From: Elusimicrobiota bacterium
Lineage (GTDB): Bacteria > Elusimicrobiota > Elusimicrobia > UBA1565 > UBA9628
Assembly (NCBI GenBank): GCA_016207605.1
Contig: JACQPJ010000036.1
Span: forward strand, 1,486-65,485
DNA length: 64,000 nucleotides
Direction of reading: 5' to 3'
Both the position numbers and the translations under genes were made by a program. The notes beneath the pieces are model-generated. The model was given only the letters and a program-made list of their open reading frames with translations, did not search any database and was not told where the DNA came from. Position 1 is the first letter of the stretch; every line of letters begins with the position of its first letter. Below, one piece after another: positions 52,618 through 61,548 of the stretch.

Positions 52618-54855
52618 TTACTTATCGTCGGCGACGTGGATGCCGTCCCAGTCCGCCGGGGGCGGCGAGGCGCGAAAGCCCGCGACGCGGGCGGCATAAA
52701 GATCGTAAAGCCGCTCCAGACGGAACGGTCCACCGAGGGCGCGAGCTTCTTTCATAAAGCGTTCGGCCGCGTCCCAATCGCGGACGCGGTAGGCGGCCAG
52801 CATCGCGCCGTGCGCCGTCGCCAGCCGGCGGAAGGGCTCCGAGGCGGCCGTCTCCGCGCCGCCCAGCAGGGTGAAGATGCGCGCGGGGCGCGTCTTGCCC
52901 TTGACTTTGAGGAGGTCCAGCTCCAAGGTCGCAAAGCGCGGGGCCTCCGCGCGCGTGACCGGGCCGATGACGATGCCCGCGCCGTAGGTCTTGGACTGGC
53001 TCTCCAGGCGCGAGGCGAGGTTGACGTCGTCGCCCAGCACCGTGTACTCGAGGCGCAGCGCCGAGCCCATGTTTCCCACCACGCCCGTCCCCGTGTTGAG
53101 CCCCGTGCCCATCTCGATGCGGGGCAGGGAGCGGCCGGCGGCCGCGGCCTCGGCCTGCCACTGTACGTTGAGCTCGGCCAGCCGCGCGTGCATGGCCAGG
53201 GCCGCGGCGCAGGCCTTGGCGGCGTGGTCGGGCACGTCGTGGGGCGCGTTCCAGAAGGCCATGAGGCTGTCGCCCATGTACTTGTCCACGGTGCCGTCGT
53301 GGTCCAGCACGATCTGCGTCATCGGGGTCAGGAAGCGGTTGATCAATTCAGTCAGTCTGTGGGGGTCTAAGCCCTCCGAGATGGCCGTGAATCCCCGGAT
53401 GTCGCAGAAGTGGAAGGTCATCTCGCGGGTCTCGCCCCCCAGCTCGACGTCCTTGTCGTCCTCGGCCAGGCGCGCCACGACCTTCGGGGAGAGATACCGG
53501 CCGAACTGGCCGGTCAGCCGGCGGCGGTCCCGTTCGCTGCGCACGAAGCCGGTCGCGGCGAAGGCCAGATAGACCGCGGCGGGGGCGAACGCGGGAAAGA
53601 CCGGGTCGAGCAGGAGGTGCCAGGCCGTGAAGGCGCGCCAGGACAGCCACAGGGCGCCGGCCGCGGCCCCCAGGCCCAGCGGAGCCGACCAGGCCGGGCC
53701 CAGCCGGGTCAGGGCGGCGAGCAGGAGCAGGCCGAGGAGGGCGGTCAGGAGCATCTCGGCGCCGTCGGCCCAGTCCGGCCGCTCGAGGTAATCGCCGGTC
53801 AGAATCTGCTCGACGATGCCGGCGTGCACCGCGACGCCGGAGGCCGCGGGGTCGAGCGGCGTGGCGCGCAGGTCGCGCAGGCCCGCCGCGCTGGTCCCGA
53901 TGAAGCAGATCGCGCCCTGGAGCTCCTCCAGCCGCTCCGTGGGGTCGAGGACCTTCCAGGCTGGGATCGAGCGTCCCGGCGCGTCCTTGGCGTAGTGAAC
54001 CCACAGGCGGCCGTGGGCGTCGGTCGGGACGCGCCAGCGCCCGACCTTGATCGCCACGAGGCCGGTGCGCTGGCCGAAGCCGGACTCTCCGCTGGCGCCG
54101 GAGGCCTTGACCTGGATCGCGCCGGCGCCTTGGGCGACGCGCAGGGCCTCGACGGCGAGCGCGGGATACGGCGCGTCGCCTATGCGGACCACCAGCGGCG
54201 CGCGGCGCAGGATCCCGTCGTGCTCGGGAGTGAAGCCGATGCTGCCGACCCCGGCCGCCTGCGCGTCCAGCAGAGGCAGGTTGGCGATGGCTCCGGGAAA
54301 GGCGTCCATCCAGCGCAGCGGCTCGTCTCCGCTGAAGGCGAAGCCGGCCTTGCGCGGCGGCCGCCCTGCGCTCGCTTCGGCGACGGGCGCGAAGCCCGCG
54401 ACGACGCGCGAACGCTGGAACTCCCGGGCCAGGAGGTCGTCGTGATCGGGCAGGCGCCGGACCCGCGCCTTCAGGGCCTCCAGGGAGGGGTCGTCGGGCC
54501 AGAGTTCGACGGCGCGCGACGGCGCGGTCCGGTCCGGCTCCGGGAAGATCGCGTCGAAGGCGATCGCCGCGGCGCCGCGCTCGCGCAGCCGCCGCGTCAG
54601 TTTCGCGACGAGCGTGCGCGGCCAAGGCCACTGCCCGAGGCGGGCCAAGGACGCGTCGTCGATGTCCACGATGCGCACGCCCGCGTCCGCGTAGGGGCGC
54701 GGGGCCAGGTTCTGCAGGGCGTCGAAAGCCCGGTGCTGGAGGCCCTCCACCCAGGGCCAGCCCGAGGCGCGCAGGGCCATCAGGCCCGCCAGCACGCCAA
54801 GCGGGACGAGACGGTCGGCGCCCCAGCGCCGTAGGTGCCGCATCGCGGGGAGCAT
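52618..54855 (-). CDS. CHASE2 sensor domain-containing class III adenylate/guanylate cyclase
   Basis: 745 aa. It has an N-terminal periplasmic CHASE2-type region with flanking TM helices, then a cyclase catalytic core: MTFHFCDIRGFTAISE, KYMGDSLMAFWNAP, IGLNTGTGVVGNMGS..EYTVLGDDVNLASRLE. Confidence 0.85.
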   Translation of the reverse strand: MLPAMRHLRRWGADRLVPLGVLAGLMALRASGWPWVEGLQHRAFDALQNLAPRPYADAGVRIVDIDDASLARLGQWPWPRTLVAKLTRRLRERGAAAIAFDAIFPEPDRTAPSRAVELWPDDPSLEALKARVRRLPDHDDLLAREFQRSRVVAGFAPVAEASAGRPPRKAGFAFSGDEPLRWMDAFPGAIANLPLLDAQAAGVGSIGFTPEHDGILRRAPLVVRIGDAPYPALAVEALRVAQGAGAIQVKASGASGESGFGQRTGLVAIKVGRWRVPTDAHGRLWVHYAKDAPGRSIPAWKVLDPTERLEELQGAICFIGTSAAGLRDLRATPLDPAASGVAVHAGIVEQILTGDYLERPDWADGAEMLLTALLGLLLLAALTRLGPAWSAPLGLGAAAGALWLSWRAFTAWHLLLDPVFPAFAPAAVYLAFAATGFVRSERDRRRLTGQFGRYLSPKVVARLAEDDKDVELGGETREMTFHFCDIRGFTAISEGLDPHRLTELINRFLTPMTQIVLDHDGTVDKYMGDSLMAFWNAPHDVPDHAAKACAAALAMHARLAELNVQWQAEAAAAGRSLPRIEMGTGLNTGTGVVGNMGSALRLEYTVLGDDVNLASRLESQSKTYGAGIVIGPVTRAEAPRFATLELDLLKVKGKTRPARIFTLLGGAETAASEPFRRLATAHGAMLAAYRVRDWDAAERFMKEARALGGPFRLERLYDLYAARVAGFRASPPPADWDGIHVADDK

Positions 54856-54998
54856 CCCATTTCCGGAGCGCGGCTTTCAACTCAAAGGGCGCGGCGCAAC
54901 ATTTTTGTTATCACGTCCGCCCCGCTTTCATTTATAATGCGCCCCATGACCGAGCATAGGCGAGGAAATGGTTGCATCCATCGCCGTAGGAGGCAACC

Positions 54999-56402
54999 AT
55001 GAACATGAACCAGATTGGCCGCGCCGCCGCGATTGCCGTCCTGCTCGCCGCCGCGCGGGCTTGGGCCCAGCAGCCGCCTCCCAATATCGACCAGGAGAGC
55101 CAGGACCAGAGGCGGCGCGGCGGCCTGGAGCAGAAAGCCGCCGCCGCCGCCCAGGAAGCGGAGGCCGGATCCTTGGCGGGCGAGCCCACCTTCGAGGACA
55201 TCCTGCGCTCCCCCGATGACGTGAATCTCAACATGCGCTTCGCGCGGGCCCAAATCCGCAAGGGCGACCTGCGCGGTGCCGCGACCACGCTCGAGCGTCT
55301 GGTCATGCTGCGGCCCGAGGACGCGCGCGTTCGGCTGCTTTACGCGGTCGTGCTTTACCGTCTCGACGATGCGGTGGAGGCCCAGCGCGAGATCGAGACC
55401 GTCCTCCGGGCACCCGGCCTTCCCCCGGACGTCCGCGGCGAGGCGTCCCGCTATCTGGCCTTGGCCCGCGCGCGCCAGCGCGACACGCACTACGACGCGC
55501 GCCTTTCCTTCGGCTTTGGCTGGGACGACAACCGCAACGCCGCTCCCGGCGGGGGAGGCGCGCTCTTCCAGGGCGTCGTGGTGCCTCTCGACGCCGGCTC
55601 CCAGCGCAAGAAGGACACCAACCTCCAGTTCGTGGGCTCCTTGGGCGCCAGCCACGACTTCGGAGGCCCGCGAGGCCACTCCATGTTCGGCCGCCTCACC
55701 TACTACCGCGGGGAGCAGACGGTCTACCGCATCCTCAACCTGCAGGCCTACTCGGCGAAGCTGGGCAGCGTCCTGCGCACCCGCTGGGCGGAACTGACGC
55801 CGTCCGTCTCCTACGACCACGTTCTCCTGCACCAAAGCATTTATCTGCGCAGCCGCAATGCGGGCCTGCGCGTCGAGCGGCGCCTGTCGCGCGCCATGAC
55901 GGGCTGGTTGGAATTCGGCCACTCCTACCAGGACTTCGCCAACACCCCCCAGCTCGCCACCGCCGAGGATCGCACGGGCGAGCAGCTCGACTCCACGCTC
56001 GGGGCGGCCTGGACGCCCGCGCCGGCGGACCGCCTCTCCCTGAGCGTCCTGCACCGCCGCAAGTTCGCCCGGCAGGCTTTCGACGCCTACCGCCGGGAGT
56101 CCGGCACCCTCGAATGGCTGCATCTCCTCGGGCGCGGGGCCTTCTTTCAAGGGGCCTTCACCGGCCAGCTCGACCGCTACGAGATCCCGGATGCCACGGT
56201 CGTCTCCGGCGTGGTGCGCCACGACGACGGCTGGCGCGCCCAGGCCCTTCTCGGCGCGCCGTTGAGCCTGTTCTGGTCCCCTCTGCGCGACTTCACGGGC
56301 ACGATCGGCTACGAGTACTTCCGGCAGACCTCGAACGTGGTCAACTACGACTATTTCAACCACAACGCCACCGTGCTCCTCACGTACAAGTGGGGGATGT
56401 AG
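54999..56402 (+). CDS. outer-membrane protein: signal peptide, TPR region and C-terminal beta-barrel (DUF560/Slam-like architecture)
   Basis: 467 aa with signal AVLLAAARAWAQQ. TPR-like helices are RFARAQIRKGDLRGAATTLERLV..LLYAVVLYRLDD. The rest, from YDARLSFGFGWDDNRNAAP to the C-terminus, has alternating beta-strand patterns. Family assignment is from memory of the architecture only. Confidence 0.5.
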   Translation: MNMNQIGRAAAIAVLLAAARAWAQQPPPNIDQESQDQRRRGGLEQKAAAAAQEAEAGSLAGEPTFEDILRSPDDVNLNMRFARAQIRKGDLRGAATTLERLVMLRPEDARVRLLYAVVLYRLDDAVEAQREIETVLRAPGLPPDVRGEASRYLALARARQRDTHYDARLSFGFGWDDNRNAAPGGGGALFQGVVVPLDAGSQRKKDTNLQFVGSLGASHDFGGPRGHSMFGRLTYYRGEQTVYRILNLQAYSAKLGSVLRTRWAELTPSVSYDHVLLHQSIYLRSRNAGLRVERRLSRAMTGWLEFGHSYQDFANTPQLATAEDRTGEQLDSTLGAAWTPAPADRLSLSVLHRRKFARQAFDAYRRESGTLEWLHLLGRGAFFQGAFTGQLDRYEIPDATVVSGVVRHDDGWRAQALLGAPLSLFWSPLRDFTGTIGYEYFRQTSNVVNYDYFNHNATVLLTYKWGM

Positions 56403-56490
56403 CCCCCCTTGACAGGTCAATGGGATCCCCTTATACTCCCGTCATGCGTCGGTTGACGCGCCGAGCGTCCGCCTTGGAGGAAGTCCGCCC

Positions 56491-58110
56491 ATGAAAAGGA
56501 TGCTCGCCGCGAGCCTTGCCGCGTTCCTGGCCGTTACTCCCTCCGCCGCCCAGCCCGCGCTCGTCCCCGCCGCCGGCCTGGCGCGCATCGGCGTGGCCGC
56601 GGCCGTGCGCGGGCCCGTGAAGGCCCTCGCCCCGGGCCAGGCCGTCGGCCGCGTCATCGAGAGCGGACGCGCGCTCTACGTCAACGACCACGTTGTCACC
56701 GGCCCCGACAGCCGCCTCCAGATCCTCCTTCTCGACCAGACCACCTTCACGATCGGCCCGAACAGCGACCTGGTCCTCGACGAGTTCGTCTACGATCCCA
56801 AGACGAACGCGGGCAAGCTGTCGGCCCGCATGGTCAAGGGCGTCTTTCGCTTCGTCACGGGCAAGATCGCCAAGAAGCACCCCGACGACGTGCGCGTGAA
56901 GGTGCCGACCGGGACCATCGGCATCCGCGGCACCATGGTCGCCGGGATGATCGAGGGCGGGAGGGCCGACGTCGCTCTTCTCGGCCCCGGCCCCGCCAAC
57001 GACGCCCGCGAGCCCGTGGGCGGCATCACCATCTCCAACGACCACGGCCAAGTGGACATCGACCGGGGCGGCTTCTACACCTCCATGCGCGCCGACGCCC
57101 CGCCGACTCCTCCAGCGCCGGTCTCGGCGCAGGAGATGCAGGGCTGGATGGCCCGGATTGATTCCCACGAGCCCGGACGTCCCGGCGGGCCCGAGAACGA
57201 GCGGGGTGAGCGCGGCGCCGGGGACCGCCAAGGTCCCAGGGACGGCGAACGCATGAACGGCGAGCAGGGCCGCCGGGACGGCCAGGGCCGCGATGAGCGC
57301 GGTCCACGGGAGGGAGACCGCCGAGGCGGCGAGCAGGGCCAGTGGGACGGCGAGCATCAGGACGGCGAACAAGGGCGCTGGAGCGGAGACCGCCGCGACG
57401 GCGACCAGCACGAGGGCGATCGTCCCCGCGACGGCCATCGCCAGCCCGAGGGCGACCGTCCGGGCGGCGAGAGGGGCGGCCAGTATCGGAATGGTCATGA
57501 CGGGCGGGGTCCGGGTTCCGGCCCCGCGTTTTCGGCGGGCGACTTCTCCGGGGAGAACATGGCATCGGGAGACGCCCGTTCCGCGCTGATTTCAAGCCAG
57601 ATCGAGTACGCCCAGCACCAGGCCGCGGCCTTCGCGGCCCAGGATCAAGTCAGCGCGACCGCCGGGCTCCCCGACAGCCTCTCCTCATGGGATCAGGTCC
57701 GCGCCATCACGGCCGGTACGGGCAAGTACGTGGGGGCCGGAAGCTACGTCTGTTCGGGCGGGCCGTGCGGTTCTTCCGGGACGGGAGGATTCCAGACCGA
57801 GATCGCCATTGATTTCGGTCAAAGGACCATCGGGGGCGGCAGCTCCAACATCTCCCTGACGGCCGGCTCCCTCGGCACCTCCATCACCACCGGCATCAAC
57901 GCCGTCAGCTACGCGGGGCTGCCCGACTTGGCGGCCCTCGACTTGAGCCATAAGGTGACGAACGCGAAGTTCGTCTTCGCCGGCATCGCGCTCAGCAACA
58001 GCGACGACGGGATCGCGAGCGACGGGCTCGTGGGCTTCTCCTACAGTGACACGAGCGCGAGCGTCATCGCGGAGGGCCGGGCCGCGACCGACCTGGTGGT
58101 CGGCCACTAG
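56491..58110 (+). CDS. secreted FecR-domain protein with a ~110-aa Asp/Glu/Arg/Gly-rich low-complexity region and a Gly/Ser-rich beta C-terminal domain
   Basis: 539 aa with signal LAAFLAVTPSAAQP. The FecR-type region is GRALYVNDHVVTGPDSRLQILLLDQTTFTIGPNSDLVLDEF..GTIGIRGT. The repeat-like tract is GERGAGDRQGPRDGERMNGEQGRRDGQGRDERGPREGDRRGGEQGQWDGEHQDGEQGRW... Confidence 0.7.
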   Translation: MKRMLAASLAAFLAVTPSAAQPALVPAAGLARIGVAAAVRGPVKALAPGQAVGRVIESGRALYVNDHVVTGPDSRLQILLLDQTTFTIGPNSDLVLDEFVYDPKTNAGKLSARMVKGVFRFVTGKIAKKHPDDVRVKVPTGTIGIRGTMVAGMIEGGRADVALLGPGPANDAREPVGGITISNDHGQVDIDRGGFYTSMRADAPPTPPAPVSAQEMQGWMARIDSHEPGRPGGPENERGERGAGDRQGPRDGERMNGEQGRRDGQGRDERGPREGDRRGGEQGQWDGEHQDGEQGRWSGDRRDGDQHEGDRPRDGHRQPEGDRPGGERGGQYRNGHDGRGPGSGPAFSAGDFSGENMASGDARSALISSQIEYAQHQAAAFAAQDQVSATAGLPDSLSSWDQVRAITAGTGKYVGAGSYVCSGGPCGSSGTGGFQTEIAIDFGQRTIGGGSSNISLTAGSLGTSITTGINAVSYAGLPDLAALDLSHKVTNAKFVFAGIALSNSDDGIASDGLVGFSYSDTSASVIAEGRAATDLVVGH

Positions 58111-58778
58111 AACAGCGCCAGGAAGCGGTCCTCGTACTCCTCGAAGAGGCCGTACTCCCGCAGGCGGGCGCCCAGGTGCGCGCGCTTTTCGGGATTCCGC
58201 GCGGCGTCGGCGAAGAGCGCTTCCACCTGCCGACGCCGACGGTCACCCTCCCCGCGGTCGGGCGCGAACATCCCGCGCCGCTCCAGGTCGCGCACGTGCC
58301 CGGGGAAGGAGCGCGCGGCCTCGTCCAGCGTCAGCTTCATGAGAGCCAGCGCCCAGCCGGCGTCGGGGCAGCGCACGACGGCTCGGTCCGAGGCGCCGCG
58401 AGCGTCCAGGTCGGCGAGCAGGCGGTCGGAGACCTGGCGGGCGTCCTCGGCGAGCACGCGCGCGGACAGGTCTTGGTTGCGAAAGCCGTATTCGAGCGCG
58501 CGCAGCAGGTCGGCGTAGGACGCCGAGAGCCAGCGGCCGAACTCGGCGGGGCCCTCCCCGAAGCCTTGGAAACGCTCGCGCAGGGCGTCGGGCGTCAGAA
58601 TCCGCGGGCGCGCGGAGACCACCGCGCCCTCGCGCAGGCGCGTGCGGCGAGCCGCCGCCCCGAGGGGGGAGATCAGGTGGTAGCTGATGCGCGTCGCCCC
58701 GAACGTCGCCAGGGGCCGCCGCGGCACGCGCAGGACCTCAGTGTCCGCCAGAAGGCGCCGGATCGAGGCGTTCTCCAT
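58107..58778 (-). CDS. hypothetical protein (no family recognised)
   Basis: 223-aa ORF filling the gap between convergent and divergent neighbours. Its codon usage is GC3-rich like the real genes, and no alternative real gene covers this region. Confidence 0.45.
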   Translation of the reverse strand: MENASIRRLLADTEVLRVPRRPLATFGATRISYHLISPLGAAARRTRLREGAVVSARPRILTPDALRERFQGFGEGPAEFGRWLSASYADLLRALEYGFRNQDLSARVLAEDARQVSDRLLADLDARGASDRAVVRCPDAGWALALMKLTLDEAARSFPGHVRDLERRGMFAPDRGEGDRRRRQVEALFADAARNPEKRAHLGARLREYGLFEEYEDRFLALF

Positions 58779-58836
58779 GCGGTCTTTGTACCAAAAACCG
58801 GGACGGACCGGGGAGCCGTGCTAGAATAGACGCCCA

Positions 58837-61500
58837 GTGAAGCCGCTCCCGACCCGCGCCTTCCGCCTGCCCAACGGCCTGCGCGTCGTGGTGCAGACCG
58901 ACCGTTCCGTTCCTCTGGTCGCGCTCTCCATCACCTACCGCGTGGGCTCTCTGGACGAGGAGCCCGGCCGGGCCGGCTTCGCCCATCTCTTTGAGCACCT
59001 GATGTTCCAAGGCACGGAGCTTCTGCCTCCCAACGGACTCTCCAAGCTGGTCGAAAGCCACGGCGGCTCCGACAATGCCTACACCATGAAGACCAACACG
59101 ACCTACCACGAGGTGGTTCCCTCCTGGGCCCTGGAGGCGGCGCTGTGGGGGGAGGCCGACCGCATGCGCGGCCTGCGTCTGTCGCCGCGCGAGCTGGAGA
59201 TCGAGAAGCGCGTCGTCCTTGAGGAGATGAGCCAGAGCTACTTCAACCAGCCCTACCGCCGCGCCGCCGACGCGGAGATGGGAACCCTCGCCTTCGCGCG
59301 CTGGGAGTCCGCGCACCCCACCATCGGCGAGGAGGCCGACCTGCGCGCGGCTTCGCTCGAGGACGTCCGCCGCTTCTACGACCTCCACTACGCCCCCGAC
59401 AACGCGGCGCTGGCGCTCGTGGGCGACGTGTCCCCGGCTCAGGCGCGGCGCCTGGCCCTGCGCTACTTTGGGGCCGTGCCGCGCCGTCCGCGCCGGCGGC
59501 GTCCCGCGCCGGCCGAGCGCCGTCCCGCCGCGCCGCGCCGCCGCCGGGTGGAGGATCCGCTGGCGTCCGCCCCGCTTCTCGTGCGGGGCTGGCACGCGCC
59601 GCCGCGCGGGAGCGCCGACTACTGGGCGCTGACCGCGCTGGCCGCCGTCCTGGCCGGCGGCGAGGACGGTCCTCTGCATCAGGAGCTGGTCAAGTCGCGC
59701 CGCCTGGCGCTCTCGGTCTCGGCCCACATGCCCTACTGGTCGAGCCATCACAACGCCCGCGGCGCCGACCTTTTCGGCTTGTTCGCCACCCTGCGGGCCG
59801 AGGCCGACCCCGAGGAGGCGCTGGCGGCCGTCGAGGGAGTGCTCGCCCGCCTGCGCCGCGAGGGGCCCAGCGTTGAAGAGCTCGCCCGGGCCCGCGTCCA
59901 GCTCGAGCGGGCCTGGTTCGAGAGCCAGCAGTCCCTGGTCGAGCGCGCCCAGACGCTGAGCTCCTATGCCGCCCTGGTCGGCGATCCGGCCGGCCTGCGT
60001 CGGGACCTGCGCCGCCTGTTGGCCGCGTCCCCGCGCGGCATCGCCGCCGCCGCGCGCCGCTGGCTGCCCGCCCGTCGGAGCCTGACCTTGGAGATCGTTC
60101 CCGGCCCGCCGCGGCCGGCGATCCCGCCCTCGCTGCCGTCCGCGCCGCCGCCCGAGGAGTCCCGCGGCCCCGCCGCGCCGCCCCCGCCGCCTGGTCCGCC
60201 GCGCGCGCCGTCCCTGCCGGTCCTCGCGCGCGGCGCGCTGGCCTGCGGCCTGGATGTCCTGGTCCTGCGCGACCCGCGGCTGCCCCTGGTCGAGGCGCGG
60301 CTCGGCCTGCGCGCGGGCCGCGTCCACGAGGAGCCGGGGGAGGACGCGCTCTCGCCCGCCTGCGAGGAGATGCTCTTCAAGGGCTGCGAGGGGCAGGACG
60401 CGGCGTCCGTGGCCCGGGCCTTCGCCGGGCTCGGCTGGGCCGCCTCCGCCGCCAGCGAGCCCGAGTGGCTCAAGATCGCGGCCTCGGGGCTGTCCAGGCG
60501 CTTCGCGGAGTTCTGCGCCCAGCTTGGCCGCGTCCTGGCCTCGGCGGCCTACCCGGACGACGAGACGGCGCTCTGGCGCGAGAACGCCGTCCAGGAGCTC
60601 GCGGTGCGCCGCTCCCAGCCGTCCTTCCTCGCCGACGAGCGCCTGCGCGCCGAGCTCTTCGGCGCCCATCCCTACGGCCGCGGAGCGCCCGACGAGGCGG
60701 CGATCGAGGCCGTTAACTCCGCGCGCCTGCGCGCCTTCCACGCGGCCCGCCTGCGCCCCGCCGGCGGCTACCTGGTCCTGGCCGGAGACGTCGACCCGGA
60801 CGCCGCCGTTCGAATCTTGGAGGACGTCTTCGCTTTCTGGCCGTCGGGTCCCGTCCCGGCGGCGGCGGCTCCCCTGCCCGAGCGGGGGCCGGGGCGCGCG
60901 GCCGTCGTCGCGCGTCCGGGGTCGTCGCAGGCCAGCCTGCTGGCCGCGCAGACTCTCGCGCTGGCGCCGAAGGACCCCGACTACGCCGATTTCGCCGCGG
61001 CCAACCACGTGCTGGGCGGGACGGCGAACTCGCGCCTGTTCGAGAACCTGCGCACGCGGCGCGGCTACACCTACGGGGCCTATTCGTCCTTCGACCTCTA
61101 CGCCCGCGGCGCGGTTTGGTCGGCTGCGGCGGACGTGCGCCCGGACGCGGCCAAGGCCGCGCTGGCCGAGATCCGCGTCGAGCTCGGGCGCCTGATCGCG
61201 GAGCCGATCCCGGAGGAGGCGCTGTCCGCAGCCAAGCGCCACATGGCCGGGCTTTTCCTCATGCGCCTGTCGTCCTTGGACCGCGCCGCGAGCTACCTGT
61301 CGGCGGTCGTGGAGGGCGGGCGCGACCCGGCCGCGGCGATGGCTTCCTATCAATCCCGGCTCGACGCGGTCACCCCGGAGTCCGCGCGCCGGGCCGCGGC
61401 CGCGCGCCTGGACCCGGAGCGTTTGATTGCGGTCGCCGTCGGCGACCCCGCCGTCCTCGACTTCGGCCTCGACCCTTCGGGCTCGGCACAGGTGTGCTGA
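58837..61500 (+). CDS. M16-family (pitrilysin/insulinase) zinc peptidase, fused double-unit form
   Basis: 887 aa with a GTG start. It has the inverted zinc motif HLFEHLMFQGT (HxxEH) near the N-terminus and a second, inactive M16-like half. A TAGAAT -10 lies 9 nt upstream. The last ~11 codons are encoded by repeat copy C. Confidence 0.85.
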   Translation: MKPLPTRAFRLPNGLRVVVQTDRSVPLVALSITYRVGSLDEEPGRAGFAHLFEHLMFQGTELLPPNGLSKLVESHGGSDNAYTMKTNTTYHEVVPSWALEAALWGEADRMRGLRLSPRELEIEKRVVLEEMSQSYFNQPYRRAADAEMGTLAFARWESAHPTIGEEADLRAASLEDVRRFYDLHYAPDNAALALVGDVSPAQARRLALRYFGAVPRRPRRRRPAPAERRPAAPRRRRVEDPLASAPLLVRGWHAPPRGSADYWALTALAAVLAGGEDGPLHQELVKSRRLALSVSAHMPYWSSHHNARGADLFGLFATLRAEADPEEALAAVEGVLARLRREGPSVEELARARVQLERAWFESQQSLVERAQTLSSYAALVGDPAGLRRDLRRLLAASPRGIAAAARRWLPARRSLTLEIVPGPPRPAIPPSLPSAPPPEESRGPAAPPPPPGPPRAPSLPVLARGALACGLDVLVLRDPRLPLVEARLGLRAGRVHEEPGEDALSPACEEMLFKGCEGQDAASVARAFAGLGWAASAASEPEWLKIAASGLSRRFAEFCAQLGRVLASAAYPDDETALWRENAVQELAVRRSQPSFLADERLRAELFGAHPYGRGAPDEAAIEAVNSARLRAFHAARLRPAGGYLVLAGDVDPDAAVRILEDVFAFWPSGPVPAAAAPLPERGPGRAAVVARPGSSQASLLAAQTLALAPKDPDYADFAAANHVLGGTANSRLFENLRTRRGYTYGAYSSFDLYARGAVWSAAADVRPDAAKAALAEIRVELGRLIAEPIPEEALSAAKRHMAGLFLMRLSSLDRAASYLSAVVEGGRDPAAAMASYQSRLDAVTPESARRAAAARLDPERLIAVAVGDPAVLDFGLDPSGSAQVC

Positions 61501-61522
61501 GGAATGGTTCATAACACCTAGC
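61465..61522 (-). repeat. 56-bp structured repeat family, copy C (inverted orientation), overlapping the 3' end of the M16 peptidase gene
   Basis: The reverse complement reads CTAGGTGTTATGAACCATTCCTCAGCACACC TGTGCC GAGCCCGAAGGGTCGAGGCC. Its first half is identical to unit 3 of the array at 62484-62660. Confidence 0.7.
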
Positions 61523-61548
61523 GCCCGGAATTAACTAGGATTGCCGGC

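Noticed and set aside
52356-52733. Small ORFs (125, 79 and 102 aa) inside the 243-bp palindromic element
   Set aside because: They overlap one another on both strands within a palindrome, lack start context and coding character, and are better explained as non-coding structure.
57150-57520. Gly-rich tract of the FecR-domain protein considered as collagen-like triple-helix repeats
   Set aside because: There is no regular G-X-Y periodicity. The tract is an irregular D/E/R/G/Q-rich low-complexity region.
58738-61512. 924-aa minus-strand ORF, plus similar long antisense ORFs (7530..9035, 10497..13436, 13737..15632, 17184..18818, 31679..33583, 32053..33864, 39867..41264, 42793..44937, 49136..50836, 53410..54834, 54882..56420)
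   Set aside because: Each lies opposite a gene with clear family motifs. The translations are dominated by R/G/A/P/D with no domain signatures. These are typical stop-poor shadow frames of high-GC DNA.
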